Assembly: GCA_038231275.1 (NCBI GenBank) | Contig: JBBRLQ010000003.1 | Coordinates: 300,340-364,339, forward strand | Length of the DNA stretch: 64,000 bases | From: Polyangiales bacterium | Lineage (GTDB): Bacteria; Myxococcota_A; Polyangia; Polyangiales; Polyangiaceae | Reading direction: 5' to 3' | Part shown: one piece after another, positions 8,946 through 18,438 of the stretch | Position numbering within the stretch: position 1 is the first letter of the stretch | How the letters are laid out: each line of letters opens with the position of its first letter | The notes under the pieces: generated by a model | The model's input: only the letters and a program-made list of their open reading frames with translations | Database searches by the model: none | What the model was told of the DNA's origin: nothing | Position numbers and translations under genes: made by a program

Positions 8946-9887
8946 ATGCTTTCACGCCCCCGCCTCCTCGCCCTCGCCGCCGTGATGGTCCCGATCGCCG
9001 TTGCGTGCTCCTCCTCTTCTAGCGCGCCGCTAGGCACCTACACGGCAGAGGACGCGGGCGGCGGCGGTCCGACCGACGACAGCGGCGGCGGAGGTGGCAA
9101 CGACAGCGGCGGCGGCGGAGGTGGCAACGACAGCGGCGGAGGCGGCAACGACAGCGGAGGCGGTGGCGACACGGGCACGCCAACGTCGTGCACGGGCCTC
9201 GCGTTCTGCGACGACTTCGAGGGCTACACCGGCGCGATCACGAACGCGATGGCGGTCGGTCCGTGGAAGGCGAGCGTCAGCGGCACCGGCACCGTCATGG
9301 CCGTCGACACGACGAAGCCGCACAGCGGCGCCAAGTCGCTGCACATCACGATCCCTGCGGGCGCCGCGGCGCGCGGAACGCTGAACCAGACCAAGCCCGC
9401 CGGCCTCGTCGCCGGGAACAACCTCTACGGGCGCGCGATGGTCTTTTACTCGGACCAAGGCGGCAACGGCCTCCCGCTCGCCGTTCACTCGTGGCTCTTC
9501 AACGCGTCGGGCACCGGCCTCGCGCCCGACGCGTCGACCGGCAACGTCACCATGAACATGGGCGGCGGCGGCGCGAAGATGCAGCTCAACTACCACCCCG
9601 TCGCCCCCGCCCCGGAGCAGGCCGTGCAGGGTGGGACGATGACCGCGGGCGCGTGGCACTGCGTGCAGTGGCAGTACGACGGCTCGGGGGCACCGCCCGC
9701 CGACACCGCGAAGGTGTGGGTCGACGGTACGGTCGCCGTGGACGTTCCGGCGGCAAAAGGCTGGGCCTTCGCGACCCCGTGGAGCTCGTTCGACTTCGGC
9801 TTCACGCACTACCAAACGCTGGCGAACGGCGTGGACGTCTATCTGGACGATCTCGCGATCGACAAGGCGATGGTGGCCTGCCCGTAG
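8946..9887 (+). CDS. secreted lipoprotein with Gly/Asn/Asp/Ser-rich linker, CDDFE-motif family
   Basis: MLSRPRLLALAAVMVPIAVAC lipobox. GGGGNDSGGGG repeats. C-terminal domain ending VDVYLDDLAID. Paralogous to 953..1445 plus 690..905. Confidence 0.75.
   Translation: MLSRPRLLALAAVMVPIAVACSSSSSAPLGTYTAEDAGGGGPTDDSGGGGGNDSGGGGGGNDSGGGGNDSGGGGDTGTPTSCTGLAFCDDFEGYTGAITNAMAVGPWKASVSGTGTVMAVDTTKPHSGAKSLHITIPAGAAARGTLNQTKPAGLVAGNNLYGRAMVFYSDQGGNGLPLAVHSWLFNASGTGLAPDASTGNVTMNMGGGGAKMQLNYHPVAPAPEQAVQGGTMTAGAWHCVQWQYDGSGAPPADTAKVWVDGTVAVDVPAAKGWAFATPWSSFDFGFTHYQTLANGVDVYLDDLAIDKAMVACP
9056..9170 (+). repeat. in-frame tandem repeat encoding (GGGGNDSGGGG)n linker
   Basis: ggcggcggaggtggcaacgacagc units repeated about 3.5 times. 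Confidence 0.7.
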
Positions 9888-9967
9888 CTCGTCTTTCACC
9901 GCGTGCTGCGGCGCATGGTGCCGCCGCCTGTTGCAAATAGCCTCGCGCTTTCGTACGAGTTTGCGCC

Positions 9968-11905
9968 ATGGCTTCTCCGCTTTCCCCGTTTCGACGCGCC
10001 CTCGTCGCGGCGGCCGCGCACGCGCTCGGCTTGCCGGCGGACGATCTCGCCCAGCTCGAGTCGCAGCTCCGCGTCCCCGAGGCCGGCCGCGGGGATCTCG
10101 CGCTTCCGTGCTTCCAGCTCGCGACGCGCGTGAAGGTTGCGCCGCCGGAGGCCGCGAAAAAGGTGGCGGCGGCGCTCGCGATCGACGCGGCGTACGAGAA
10201 GGTCGAAGCGGTCGGCCCCTACGTGAACGTGTTCCTCGCGTCCGCTCCTCTGGCGAAGGCGATCGTGCCGGCCGCGCGCGAGGCCGGTTTCGGTACGGAC
10301 GACGACGGCGCCGGCAAGACGGTCGTGATCGATTTCTCCTCGCCGAACATCGCCAAGCCGCTCGCCTTCCATCACATCCGCTCCACCGTCATCGGCGCCG
10401 CGGTCAGCCGCCTCCACGTCGCGCGCGGGTATCGCGTCGTCGGCATCAACTACATCGGCGACTGGGGAAAGCAGTTCGGCCTCCTCGCGACCGGCTTCAA
10501 GCGCCTCGGCGATCCCGCCCGCCGCGCCGACGCCAAGCACCTCGTGGAGGTCTACGTCCGCGCGAACAAGGAGGCCGACACCGAGTCGCTGCGCGCCCAA
10601 ATGCGCGCGCCCGAGGAGACGAAGAAGCTCGCGCAAGAGCTCGCGGAGGCGCGAGGTGAGCTCGCGAAGGAGGCCGATCCCAAGGCGAAGAAGAAGCTCG
10701 AGGGAAAGGTGAAGGGGCTCGAGAAGAAGGTCCCACAGGGCGATCTCGCCGCCGCGCTCGCCGTGCTCGAGGAGAAGGCGAAGGCCGCCGCCGCCGAGCT
10801 GCCGTCGGTGGAAGCGCGCGATCAAGAGGCGCGCCTCTACTTCCGCCGCATGGAGCAGGGCGACGCGGAGGCGCTCGCCGAGTGGAGCGAGTTCCGCGCG
10901 ACGAGCATCGCGGAGTTCACGCGCATCTACGCGCGAATGGGCATCGAGTTCTTCGCCTTCGAGGGGGAGAGCAAGTACACGGGCGTCCTCGAGGCGGCCA
11001 TCGAGCAGGTGACGGAGAAGCCCGGCACCAAGATCAGCGACGGCGCGCTCATCGTCGACATGCCCTACGAGCCGGGAGAGCCGCCGGTCCTCCTCAAGAC
11101 GAGGGACGGGACGACGCTCTACATGACGCGCGACATCGCCGCCGCTCTGGATCGCCACGCGCGCTTCGACTTCGCGCGCTCCTTGTACGTCATCGCGCAG
11201 GATCAAGCGCTGCACGTCTCGCAGCTGAAAAAGACGCTCGCGGCGATGGGGCTCGCGTGGTCGAACAAGATGACGCACGTGGCGTTCGGGCGCGTTCACG
11301 GGATGAGCACGCGGCGCGGCAACGTGGTCTTCCTCGACGAGGTGCTCGACGAGGCGGTGGCCAAGGCGCGCGAGATCTGCGAGACGAGCGAGTCGCTGGA
11401 TCGCTCGCGCCTGGACGAGACGGTGGAGGCGATCGGCGTCGGCGCGGTGGTCTTCGGCGATCTGAAGAACCTGCGCGCGTCTGACTACACGTTCAAGCTC
11501 GAGGACGTGATCAACTTCGACGGGCTGACCGGGCCTTATGTGCAATATACACATGCGCGCCTCGCGTCGATCGTACGTAAGGCCGGTGGGCTGCCCGAGT
11601 CGGCCGACGTCGCGCTGCTGACGCTGGCCGAAGAGCGCGCGGTGATGCTGGCCCTCGCCCGGTTTCCCGACGCCGTCGCCGAGGCGTGCGACGCGTTCGA
11701 GCCGTCGCTGGTCACGCGCTGCCTCTTGGACCTGGCGCAAGCGACGAGCCATTTCCTGACGGCGGGAAATCAGGATCGCGCCAAGCGCGTGCTCGTCGAG
11801 GACGCGGCGCTCCGAGGCGCGCGGTTGCTCCTCGTCGATGCGGCGCGCGCGACGCTGGCGAAGGGCCTCGCGCTCCTCGGCGTGCGCGCGCCCGACGCGA
11901 TGTGA
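9968..11905 (+). CDS. argS: arginine--tRNA ligase
   Basis: FSSPNIAKPLAFHHIRSTVIGAAVSRL (class I HIGH region of ArgRS). 645 aa with a charged coiled insertion. Confidence 0.85.
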   Translation: MASPLSPFRRALVAAAAHALGLPADDLAQLESQLRVPEAGRGDLALPCFQLATRVKVAPPEAAKKVAAALAIDAAYEKVEAVGPYVNVFLASAPLAKAIVPAAREAGFGTDDDGAGKTVVIDFSSPNIAKPLAFHHIRSTVIGAAVSRLHVARGYRVVGINYIGDWGKQFGLLATGFKRLGDPARRADAKHLVEVYVRANKEADTESLRAQMRAPEETKKLAQELAEARGELAKEADPKAKKKLEGKVKGLEKKVPQGDLAAALAVLEEKAKAAAAELPSVEARDQEARLYFRRMEQGDAEALAEWSEFRATSIAEFTRIYARMGIEFFAFEGESKYTGVLEAAIEQVTEKPGTKISDGALIVDMPYEPGEPPVLLKTRDGTTLYMTRDIAAALDRHARFDFARSLYVIAQDQALHVSQLKKTLAAMGLAWSNKMTHVAFGRVHGMSTRRGNVVFLDEVLDEAVAKAREICETSESLDRSRLDETVEAIGVGAVVFGDLKNLRASDYTFKLEDVINFDGLTGPYVQYTHARLASIVRKAGGLPESADVALLTLAEERAVMLALARFPDAVAEACDAFEPSLVTRCLLDLAQATSHFLTAGNQDRAKRVLVEDAALRGARLLLVDAARATLAKGLALLGVRAPDAM

Positions 11906-11928
11906 CGCGATGAGGTAGGCTGCGCCGG

Positions 11929-12453
11929 ATGGGAACGCTCACCAACGCGGGGCTGGACGCGCTTCTCGCCGCCGGATGTGGGTGCGGCGGCACGAAGCTC
12001 CACTTCGACACGTACCTCGACGCGCGCTTCTCGCTGCTCGCGGGCGAGCAGTACGGCGCGCTCGAGTGGGCCTACAAAGGGGAGACCTTCCTGGACGGCG
12101 TCTTCGAGATCACGTGTGCCGCGTGCAAGAAGACGCTCTTCTCGTCGGACGTGTGCCCGCGCTGCAACGCCGACCACGCGCTCAAGACCGCCATGGAGTC
12201 TGCCAACGCTCTTCCCGTCCCGCGCGCGTGCCCGCGCTGCGCGACCGAGACGCTCGCCTACACCGCCATGCTCCCCGCGCGCGTCGTCTACGACGGCGGT
12301 CGCGCGCAGAAGGCCCGCACGACCGCGGGGATGGAAGACGACGGCGTCCACGGCCTGCGCGTCGACTGCGCCTCGTGCGGCGTCGTCGCCGAAGCGACCG
12401 GCGCCTGCCCACTCTGCGCCGCGACGGGCCCTCTGCGCTCGCGTCCGGACTGA
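11929..12453 (+). CDS. Cys-rich hypothetical protein (multiple CxxC zinc-ribbon-like pairs)
   Basis: 174 aa with balanced composition. CGCGG, CAAC, CPRC, CPRC, CASC and CPLC motifs. Overlapping alternative frames are Arg-rich junk. Confidence 0.55.
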   Translation: MGTLTNAGLDALLAAGCGCGGTKLHFDTYLDARFSLLAGEQYGALEWAYKGETFLDGVFEITCAACKKTLFSSDVCPRCNADHALKTAMESANALPVPRACPRCATETLAYTAMLPARVVYDGGRAQKARTTAGMEDDGVHGLRVDCASCGVVAEATGACPLCAATGPLRSRPD

Positions 12454-12486
12454 TCATCGAAGCATATTTGTGCTACGATAACGGGC

Positions 12487-12744
12487 ATGAAGAAGCGGCC
12501 CGGTGGAACGGCCCACCTCTCGATCTCACTCCCGCTCGAGGAGGCCAAAATCCTCAAGCGCAGGGCGAAGCGCGTCTACGGAGGCAACGTCTCTCGCGTC
12601 ATCAGCGACGCGATCCGGTACATCGCCTACGAGGAGGGACGTGACGCGCTCATCGCCTCGTTCGGCGGGAAAGGAAAGCCGACGCCCGAGGAGGCGCGAC
12701 GATTCGACGTGGAGTGGGGGCTCTCCTCGAAGAAGTCCGCGTGA
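12487..12744 (+). CDS. vapB: ribbon-helix-helix antitoxin (VapB/CopG-like)
   Basis: 85 aa, MKKRPGG...VSRVISDAIRYIAYEEGRD. Stop overlaps the GTG start of the downstream PIN gene (GTGA). Confidence 0.65.
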   Translation: MKKRPGGTAHLSISLPLEEAKILKRRAKRVYGGNVSRVISDAIRYIAYEEGRDALIASFGGKGKPTPEEARRFDVEWGLSSKKSA

Positions 12745-13121
12745 CCCGAGCCGCGATCACTTTCGACACGGGCGCGATCATCGCGCTCGAGCGGCGAAAG
12801 GAGCGCGCGATGAAGGTCTACGCGCACGCGAAGGAGAGAGGCTTCGTCGTCTCCACCCCCAACGTGACGATCGCAGAGTGGTGGCGCGGCCGAACGGACA
12901 GGCGCGAAGCGGTCTGGCGCGGCCTGCTGATCGAGCCAGCGTCCGATGAGACCGTGAAGCTCGCGGGGCTGGCGCTCGGAAAGGTCCGCGGTGCGACGAC
13001 GATCGACGCGATCGTCGCTGCCTTCGCCGCGCTGCGAACAGGCATCCTCTACACGAGCGACGTCGACGATTTTGCGGCCCTGCAGGCGTTCTTTCCCGCG
13101 CTTCGTGTGTTTGCGATCTGA
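12741..13121 (+). CDS. vapC: PIN-domain ribonuclease toxin (VapC-like)
   Basis: VTRAAITFDTGAIIALERR is the N-terminal acidic PIN motif. Conserved C-terminal YTSDVDDF acidic residues. About 126 aa. Confidence 0.7.
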   Translation: MTRAAITFDTGAIIALERRKERAMKVYAHAKERGFVVSTPNVTIAEWWRGRTDRREAVWRGLLIEPASDETVKLAGLALGKVRGATTIDAIVAAFAALRTGILYTSDVDDFAALQAFFPALRVFAI

Positions 13122-13125
13122 CGAC

Positions 13126-14430
13126 TCACCGCACGTCGAAGACGTAGTCCGTGTCGTAGGTGCGAACGCGCAGAGTGTCGTCCTTCAGCACGAAGTGGTC
13201 GGGGCCGCTGCTCACGGGGATCTTCTGGCGGACTGCGCCGGTCTGGCCGTCGAGGACGAAGACGAAGTCCGGCTCCGCGGTGAAGCCGTAGCCGCACACG
13301 ACGGCGCCGCGAACGACGGCGAAATCGCGGCCGTTGGCGACGAGCGGGGCGCTGTGCCAGACGAGATCGCCGCTGTCGAGGTCGACCGCGGCGACGTACG
13401 CGTTGAGCCCTTTGCTCTCCTTTGCGTAGCCGAGGTTCGTGTGTTCGACGTAGAGGAGGCCGTCCGCGGCGAGCGCGAACATGAGCTCGTAGCTGATGCT
13501 CTCGGTCGCCATCGTGATCGGCGACGTCGTGGTGCCGGAGGGCGTCGTCAGAGACGCCGAGCCGACCACGAGCGCGCCCTTCTTGCTCGCGGCGGGGTGC
13601 GCCCAGGCGGCAAAATCGAAAATCGCGCGGACGTTGCCGGTCGCGGCCTCGAGCACCGACGCGACGCGGCCGCCGTAGATCGCCACGATGAACGGCTTCG
13701 AGTCGATCGCGCGCGTGAGCGGCAACGTGCCGTACATGAGCGGGACGTCGAGGGGGAGCGGGGTTTCCGAGTAGCGCGTGGAGACCGCGAACTCGGTGTA
13801 CACGAAGCCGCGCAGCGATCCCGTGACACCGGCCGAGGCTCCAACCCGCGGCGCGAAGAGGACGTCGTGCGCGGGCGGGACGAAGAGCTCCAGAGACTGC
13901 CCGTTCTTCCGAAACCACTCCTCGTCGTCGGTGACCTTGTTCTTCGACTCCGCCATCTTCACGAGCTTCGGCGCGGGCCGCGCGGGTGCCTTCAGCGGAC
14001 GCGCGAGCGCGTAACCCGACGGCGGCATCGCCATTGTCTTGATCGGGCGCTGCTCCATCGCGCTCTTCGCGGCGCTCTGCTTCTCGGCGATGCGCGACAC
14101 GACGGCGTTGTACGCGTCGACGATCCGGTCCTGATCGGGGTACGCCATCGCGAGGTGACCGAGCCCGCGCTTGGCCTCGTAGAGCCGCCCCGCCTTCGCC
14201 GCGGCCGTCGCGCGCTCGAACTCTTTGCGATCGAGCGGCGCGAGCTCCGGATCGCTGCCCTTGGGTCCGTCCCCATCGTCCGTCGCGATCGGCGCGTCGA
14301 CGGGCTTGGTGGACGGCGGCAGCGGCGGAAGCGCCATCGGCTGCGACAGAGGAGGCGCGGACGGGCGCGATCCGCACGCGACGACCAGAGGAAGAGAGAA
14401 GAGGAACGCCGCTGCCAAGTGCCGTCGCAT
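13126..14430 (-). CDS. hypothetical lipoprotein
   Basis: MRRHLAAAFLFSLPLVVACGS lipobox. 434 aa. The upstream part of the track ORF is junk. Confidence 0.65.
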   Translation of the reverse strand: MRRHLAAAFLFSLPLVVACGSRPSAPPLSQPMALPPLPPSTKPVDAPIATDDGDGPKGSDPELAPLDRKEFERATAAAKAGRLYEAKRGLGHLAMAYPDQDRIVDAYNAVVSRIAEKQSAAKSAMEQRPIKTMAMPPSGYALARPLKAPARPAPKLVKMAESKNKVTDDEEWFRKNGQSLELFVPPAHDVLFAPRVGASAGVTGSLRGFVYTEFAVSTRYSETPLPLDVPLMYGTLPLTRAIDSKPFIVAIYGGRVASVLEAATGNVRAIFDFAAWAHPAASKKGALVVGSASLTTPSGTTTSPITMATESISYELMFALAADGLLYVEHTNLGYAKESKGLNAYVAAVDLDSGDLVWHSAPLVANGRDFAVVRGAVVCGYGFTAEPDFVFVLDGQTGAVRQKIPVSSGPDHFVLKDDTLRVRTYDTDYVFDVR

Positions 14431-14458
14431 GAAGGAGAGCGTGCGATGATCGCGCGAG

Positions 14459-14815
14459 CTACGCAAGCACGCCTTCGAAGGCGATGACCCCGCGCGCGCA
14501 CAGCTCGCAGAGCGCTGCGATCGTCTCGGACTCCGGCAGGCCCGATTCGTCGACGAGGCGCTCGACCGTCGAGCACCCATCGAGGAGCGCCAGGATGAAG
14601 CCCTCACGGTGACCGAGTGGCGGTCCGTCGTAGGCCTGGAGCGAGATCGCGACGCGCGGGATGTCGCTGCGCTGCACGCCGATGAACGGGCCAGAGACCA
14701 TCTCGTCGAACGGTGCGTCGTCGAACGGCGCCTCGTCCGACCAGCTGAACGGACCGGTGTGGATGCGCGCAAACTCGCTCAAGTCGTACGGCAGTGTCGG
14801 CATCTGGTCGCGCAT
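14459..14815 (-). CDS. hypothetical small protein
   Basis: MRDQMPTLPYDL... About 118 aa. The C-terminal region GFILALLDGCSTVERLVDESGLPESETIAALCELCARGVIAF looks wHTH-like. Confidence 0.5.
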   Translation of the reverse strand: MRDQMPTLPYDLSEFARIHTGPFSWSDEAPFDDAPFDEMVSGPFIGVQRSDIPRVAISLQAYDGPPLGHREGFILALLDGCSTVERLVDESGLPESETIAALCELCARGVIAFEGVLA

Positions 14816-14975
14816 TGGGTAGCCCCCTTTCGTCTCGCTTCGACTCGTGGGGTACCTGCCGCGCGCGCGGACATGAAAGAAAACGGTGCAAATGCGGGCG
14901 AGAAGGTGCGACACGGCGCGTCACGCCGGCGAGGGATGGCGCAGCCGAAAAGCCGTGCTAAACCCCGCACTTCCA

Positions 14976-16028
14976 ATGGGCGCACGATTCCTGGTCATGG
15001 GGTGTGGTGGCATCGGCGGCATCGTCGCGGCGCATCTTCACGAGCTTGGTGAGGACGTCGTCGCGGTGACCACGAACCGGGAGATCCACGACGCGGTCGC
15101 CGCGCGCGGCTTCCAGCTTCGCGGCGACGGCGGAAATCGCACGGTACGCGGCCGCGTGTCGCTCGGCGTGCCGGAAGGGGCGAAGTTCGATTTCGTGCTC
15201 TTGGCGACACAGCCTCCGCAGGTCGAGGACGCCGCGCGGACCGCGCTTCCGTCGCTCGCCGACAGTGGCGCGATGGTGTGCTTCCAAAACGGCCTGTGCG
15301 AGGCGAAGGTCGGGGCGATCGCCGGAGCCGAGAGAACCTTCGGTGCGGTCGTCGGCTGGGGCGGCGCGATGCCGGAGCCGGGGCTCTACGATCGCACGGC
15401 GTCGGGCGGCTTCACGCTTGGGCGCATGGACGGCAGGGACGACGCGCGCCTCCACGAGCTCTCACGCGCGCTCGAGCCGGTCGGCCCGTGCGAGCTCACG
15501 CGGAACCTGGCGGGCAAACGCTGGAGCAAGCTCGCGATCAACTGCGCGATCTCGTCGCTCGGAACGATCGGCGGCGATCGCCTCGGCGTGCTCCTCCAGC
15601 GCCGCTTCGTGCGTCGCATGGCGCTCGAGATCATGACCGAGGTCGTCCAGATCGCGCGCCGCGAGGAGGTGCGCCTCGAGAAGGTGAGCGGCACGCTGGA
15701 TCTCGACTGGATCGCGCTCACGGCCGACGAGCGCACCATCGCGGGCTCGCCGGCGCTCCTCGCCAAGCACTCGCTGCTGCTCGCGGTGGGCTTCCGCTTC
15801 CGTCGTATGCGAAGCTCGATGCTGAGCGCGATCGAGCGTGGCCGTCCGCCGGCGGTGGAGTTCTTGAATGGCGAGATCACCGATCGTGCGAAGCGCTACG
15901 GCGTGCCCGCGGTGATGAACGCCGAAGCGCGGCGAATGGTCTGGGAGATCGCGAAGGGCAAAGAGACGCCCGGCCTCTCCACGCTGCGCGGTCTGTTCGA
16001 TCGCACGCGCGGCGTGATGGAGGGGTGA
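14976..16028 (+). CDS. panE: 2-dehydropantoate 2-reductase (ketopantoate reductase, ApbA/PanE family)
   Basis: RFLVMGCGGIGG N-terminal NAD(P) motif. KRWSKLAINCAISSLGTIGG and SSMLSAIERGRPPAVEFLNGEI match the KPR C-terminal domain. Confidence 0.8.
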   Translation: MGARFLVMGCGGIGGIVAAHLHELGEDVVAVTTNREIHDAVAARGFQLRGDGGNRTVRGRVSLGVPEGAKFDFVLLATQPPQVEDAARTALPSLADSGAMVCFQNGLCEAKVGAIAGAERTFGAVVGWGGAMPEPGLYDRTASGGFTLGRMDGRDDARLHELSRALEPVGPCELTRNLAGKRWSKLAINCAISSLGTIGGDRLGVLLQRRFVRRMALEIMTEVVQIARREEVRLEKVSGTLDLDWIALTADERTIAGSPALLAKHSLLLAVGFRFRRMRSSMLSAIERGRPPAVEFLNGEITDRAKRYGVPAVMNAEARRMVWEIAKGKETPGLSTLRGLFDRTRGVMEG

Positions 16029-16076
16029 GCGCAGCCGGTGCGGATCGCGCCGTCGACGCCTCCCGTCGTGCGTCGC

Positions 16077-16364
16077 CTAGCAGCACCCGCCGCCCCGTCG
16101 CGCTTGAACGCGGCGTCGCTCGCGGAGCCATCGCCACTCCGCCCACGCGAGGGCGACGACGCCCGCCGCCGCCACCGCGAAGCCGACCGGTCGCACCCAC
16201 GGCGCGAGGAGGCCCGCGCCGGCCGCACCGATCCCCAGCGCGGAGAGCCACGCGGCCACACAGAGCGGGCACTTCGGCGCGAGCACGAGCGCCGCAATCG
16301 TCCCAACCGTCGTCGCCGCTCCCGACGCGCGTCGGGCGAGCGCGCGCGCGTCAGGCCGGGACAT
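16077..16364 (-). CDS. small membrane protein with intramembrane CPLC motif
   Basis: MSRPDARALARRASGAATTVGTIAALVLAPKCPLCVAAWLSALGIG... Two predicted TM helices. Immediately downstream of the DUF899 gene. Confidence 0.4.
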   Translation of the reverse strand: MSRPDARALARRASGAATTVGTIAALVLAPKCPLCVAAWLSALGIGAAGAGLLAPWVRPVGFAVAAAGVVALAWAEWRWLRERRRVQARRGGGCC

Positions 16365-17049
16365 CGTACGCGTCCCGCAAGCGCAGCCAGCCCATCGGCT
16401 TGTCGCCCTCGTCGCGTCCCTTCGGCGCGAGATCCATGAGCGCATAGGCGGCGTTCATCGGCTCGAGGCCGCGGCCGAACGTCGAGTAGGTGTGGAGCAC
16501 GCTCCCGGCGTCATCTCGATAGAACACGCTGAATCCCGGCAAATCGGTCGCCCCGCCCGTCTTCGGCGCGTAGTTGTACGACGCGCCCGCGCTTCCGGGC
16601 TCGAAGGACACCTGGAAGTCGGCGTTGAAATCCGTGCGGCCCGACGACACCCAGGTGAACGTCCACCCGAGGCGCTTCTTGAAGGCGTCGAGCTTGGCGA
16701 GCGGCGCGCGCGACACGGCGATCATCGTGATGTCGCGGTGCGCGAGGTGAACGACGTCGCGCTCGAAGTTGTCCGCCCAGAACGAGCAGGATTTGCAGCC
16801 CAGCTCCCAGTCGGGCGCGAACATGAAGTGGTAGACGATGAGCTGCGAGCGGCCCGCGAAGAGCGTCTCGAGCGTCTCCTCGCCCTTCGGTCCGTCGAAG
16901 ACGTACGGCTTCTCGACGCGTCGCCACGGCAGCGCGCGCCGCGCTTTGCTCAGCTCGTCGCGCGCCCGCGTCATCTCCTTCTCGCGGACGAGGAGCTCCT
17001 TGCGTGCGCGATGCCACTCGGCGTTTCCCACCACGGCGTTGTTCTTCAT
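16351..17049 (-). CDS. DUF899 thioredoxin-like family protein
   Basis: MKNNAVVGNAEWHRARKELLVREKEMTRARDELS...LIVYHFMFAPDWELGCKSCSFWADNF matches the DUF899 family signature. Confidence 0.7.
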   Translation of the reverse strand: MKNNAVVGNAEWHRARKELLVREKEMTRARDELSKARRALPWRRVEKPYVFDGPKGEETLETLFAGRSQLIVYHFMFAPDWELGCKSCSFWADNFERDVVHLAHRDITMIAVSRAPLAKLDAFKKRLGWTFTWVSSGRTDFNADFQVSFEPGSAGASYNYAPKTGGATDLPGFSVFYRDDAGSVLHTYSTFGRGLEPMNAAYALMDLAPKGRDEGDKPMGWLRLRDAYDVPA

Positions 17050-17199
17050 CGGAGCCTCCGTCTTCGGTTTCGTCCCGCCGCGGGGCGGCGCCTCGCGGTG
17101 ATCCATTCCTACGGCGCGCGACCGGGGGGCAGGGAGTAACAACTTCGGCGCGATCCGCCGCGGCGGTGCGCTGTTCCCCTGGAAGAACGCGTGCTCTAG

Positions 17200-18429
17200 A
17201 TGGAAGAGATGGACCCCGACCTCGACTCGGCAGCGCGGGCGTTGGCCGTCGCCGATCCGTTGGGGGCGCTGAGGCACGTCGCGCTCCGCGAGGATCCGCC
17301 GGCGCTCGCGATTCGTGGCGTGGCGATGGCGCAGCTCGGAGACTACGCCGTGGCGCGGCGGCTCCTCGCGCGCGCGGGGAAGGCGTTCGCGGTAGGAAAT
17401 CCGGTGGCGCGTGCGCGCTGCATCGCCGCGCAAGCCGAGGTCGCGCTCGCGTCGCGCGATCTGTCGGGCGCGGGTCGGCTGCTCGACGCGGCGGCGCGCG
17501 CGCTCGACGCGACGGGAGACGTCGCGAATGCGGCGTTCGTACGCATCCAAATGGCGCGCCGCCTCGTGCTGCTCGGGCGCTCGCGTGACGCGTCGCGCGT
17601 CCTCTTGGCCCTGGACCTGCGTCGCGCGTCGCCTCATCTCGCCGCGCTGTCCGAGCTGACACGTGCTGCGATCGCGGTGAGGTCTCTTCAGGCGGTGGAC
17701 GCGCGGAGCTCTCTGTCGCGCGCGCTCGGGGCGGCGCGCGCGGCGAAGATTCCCGCGCTCGTCGCCGAGGTCGAGGTCGCGATGCAGAGTCTGGACGTGC
17801 CGGTCGCGCGCGCGGGACGAGACGGCGACGCCCGGCGGCTCGGCCTCGCGGAGGTCGAGGCGATCGTTCGTTCAGGTGCGCTCGTCGTCGACGCGTGCCG
17901 GCGCGAGGTGCGCGCAGGGTCGACCGTCGTGTCGCTCGTGACGCGTCCCGTCCTCTTCGCGATCGCGACGACGCTCGGGGAGGCCGCGCCGGCAGAGGCG
18001 ACACGCGAGGGCCTCTTCCTCGATGCGTTTGGCGCGAAGAGATCGAACGACTCGCTCCGCGCGCGCCTCCGCGTCGAGGTGGGCCGTCTTCGCCTCGCGG
18101 TCGCCGCGATCGCCGAGGTTCGCGCGACGCCGAACGGTTTCGCGTTGTCCCCGCGCCGCGGCGATCGTGTGCACGTCCTCTTGCCTCCCGCGCCCGGCGC
18201 CGCGAGTCCGGTGCTCGCGCTCCTCGGGGCGGGCGAGTCGTGGTCGACCTCTGGCCTCGCCGCCGCGCTCGGGCAGAGCCAACGCACGGTGCAGCGGCTT
18301 CTCGGCGCGCTCGAGGCAGAGGGCAAGGTGCAAGCGGTCGGCGCCGGGCGCAGCCGCCGATGGATCGCTCCGCCGCCCGCCGGATTCGCGACGACGTTGT
18401 TACTCGTCACTCGGGCGCCGCGGGTGTAG
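17200..18429 (+). CDS. hypothetical regulator with C-terminal wHTH
   Basis: 409 aa, Ala/Leu/Arg-rich. TVQRLLGALEAEGKVQAVGAGRSRRW near the C-terminus. Minus-strand ORFs covering this region are Arg/Ser-rich junk. Confidence 0.5.
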   Translation: MEEMDPDLDSAARALAVADPLGALRHVALREDPPALAIRGVAMAQLGDYAVARRLLARAGKAFAVGNPVARARCIAAQAEVALASRDLSGAGRLLDAAARALDATGDVANAAFVRIQMARRLVLLGRSRDASRVLLALDLRRASPHLAALSELTRAAIAVRSLQAVDARSSLSRALGAARAAKIPALVAEVEVAMQSLDVPVARAGRDGDARRLGLAEVEAIVRSGALVVDACRREVRAGSTVVSLVTRPVLFAIATTLGEAAPAEATREGLFLDAFGAKRSNDSLRARLRVEVGRLRLAVAAIAEVRATPNGFALSPRRGDRVHVLLPPAPGAASPVLALLGAGESWSTSGLAAALGQSQRTVQRLLGALEAEGKVQAVGAGRSRRWIAPPPAGFATTLLLVTRAPRV

Positions 18430-18438
18430 GCCAAAGAG

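Noticed and set aside
9896-11752. 618-aa minus-strand ORF
   Set aside because: Fully antisense to argS. Composition dominated by R/L/E/A/G, typical of a high-GC antisense frame.
13049-14377. 442-aa minus ORF and 12991..14487 plus ORF
   Set aside because: Arg-rich (over 20% R) frames overlapping the lipoprotein gene 13126..14430. No motifs.
16511-18004. 497-aa minus ORF (and 17688..18545)
   Set aside because: Arg/Pro/Ser/Ala low-complexity frames. Antisense to the DUF899 gene and the 17200..18429 gene.
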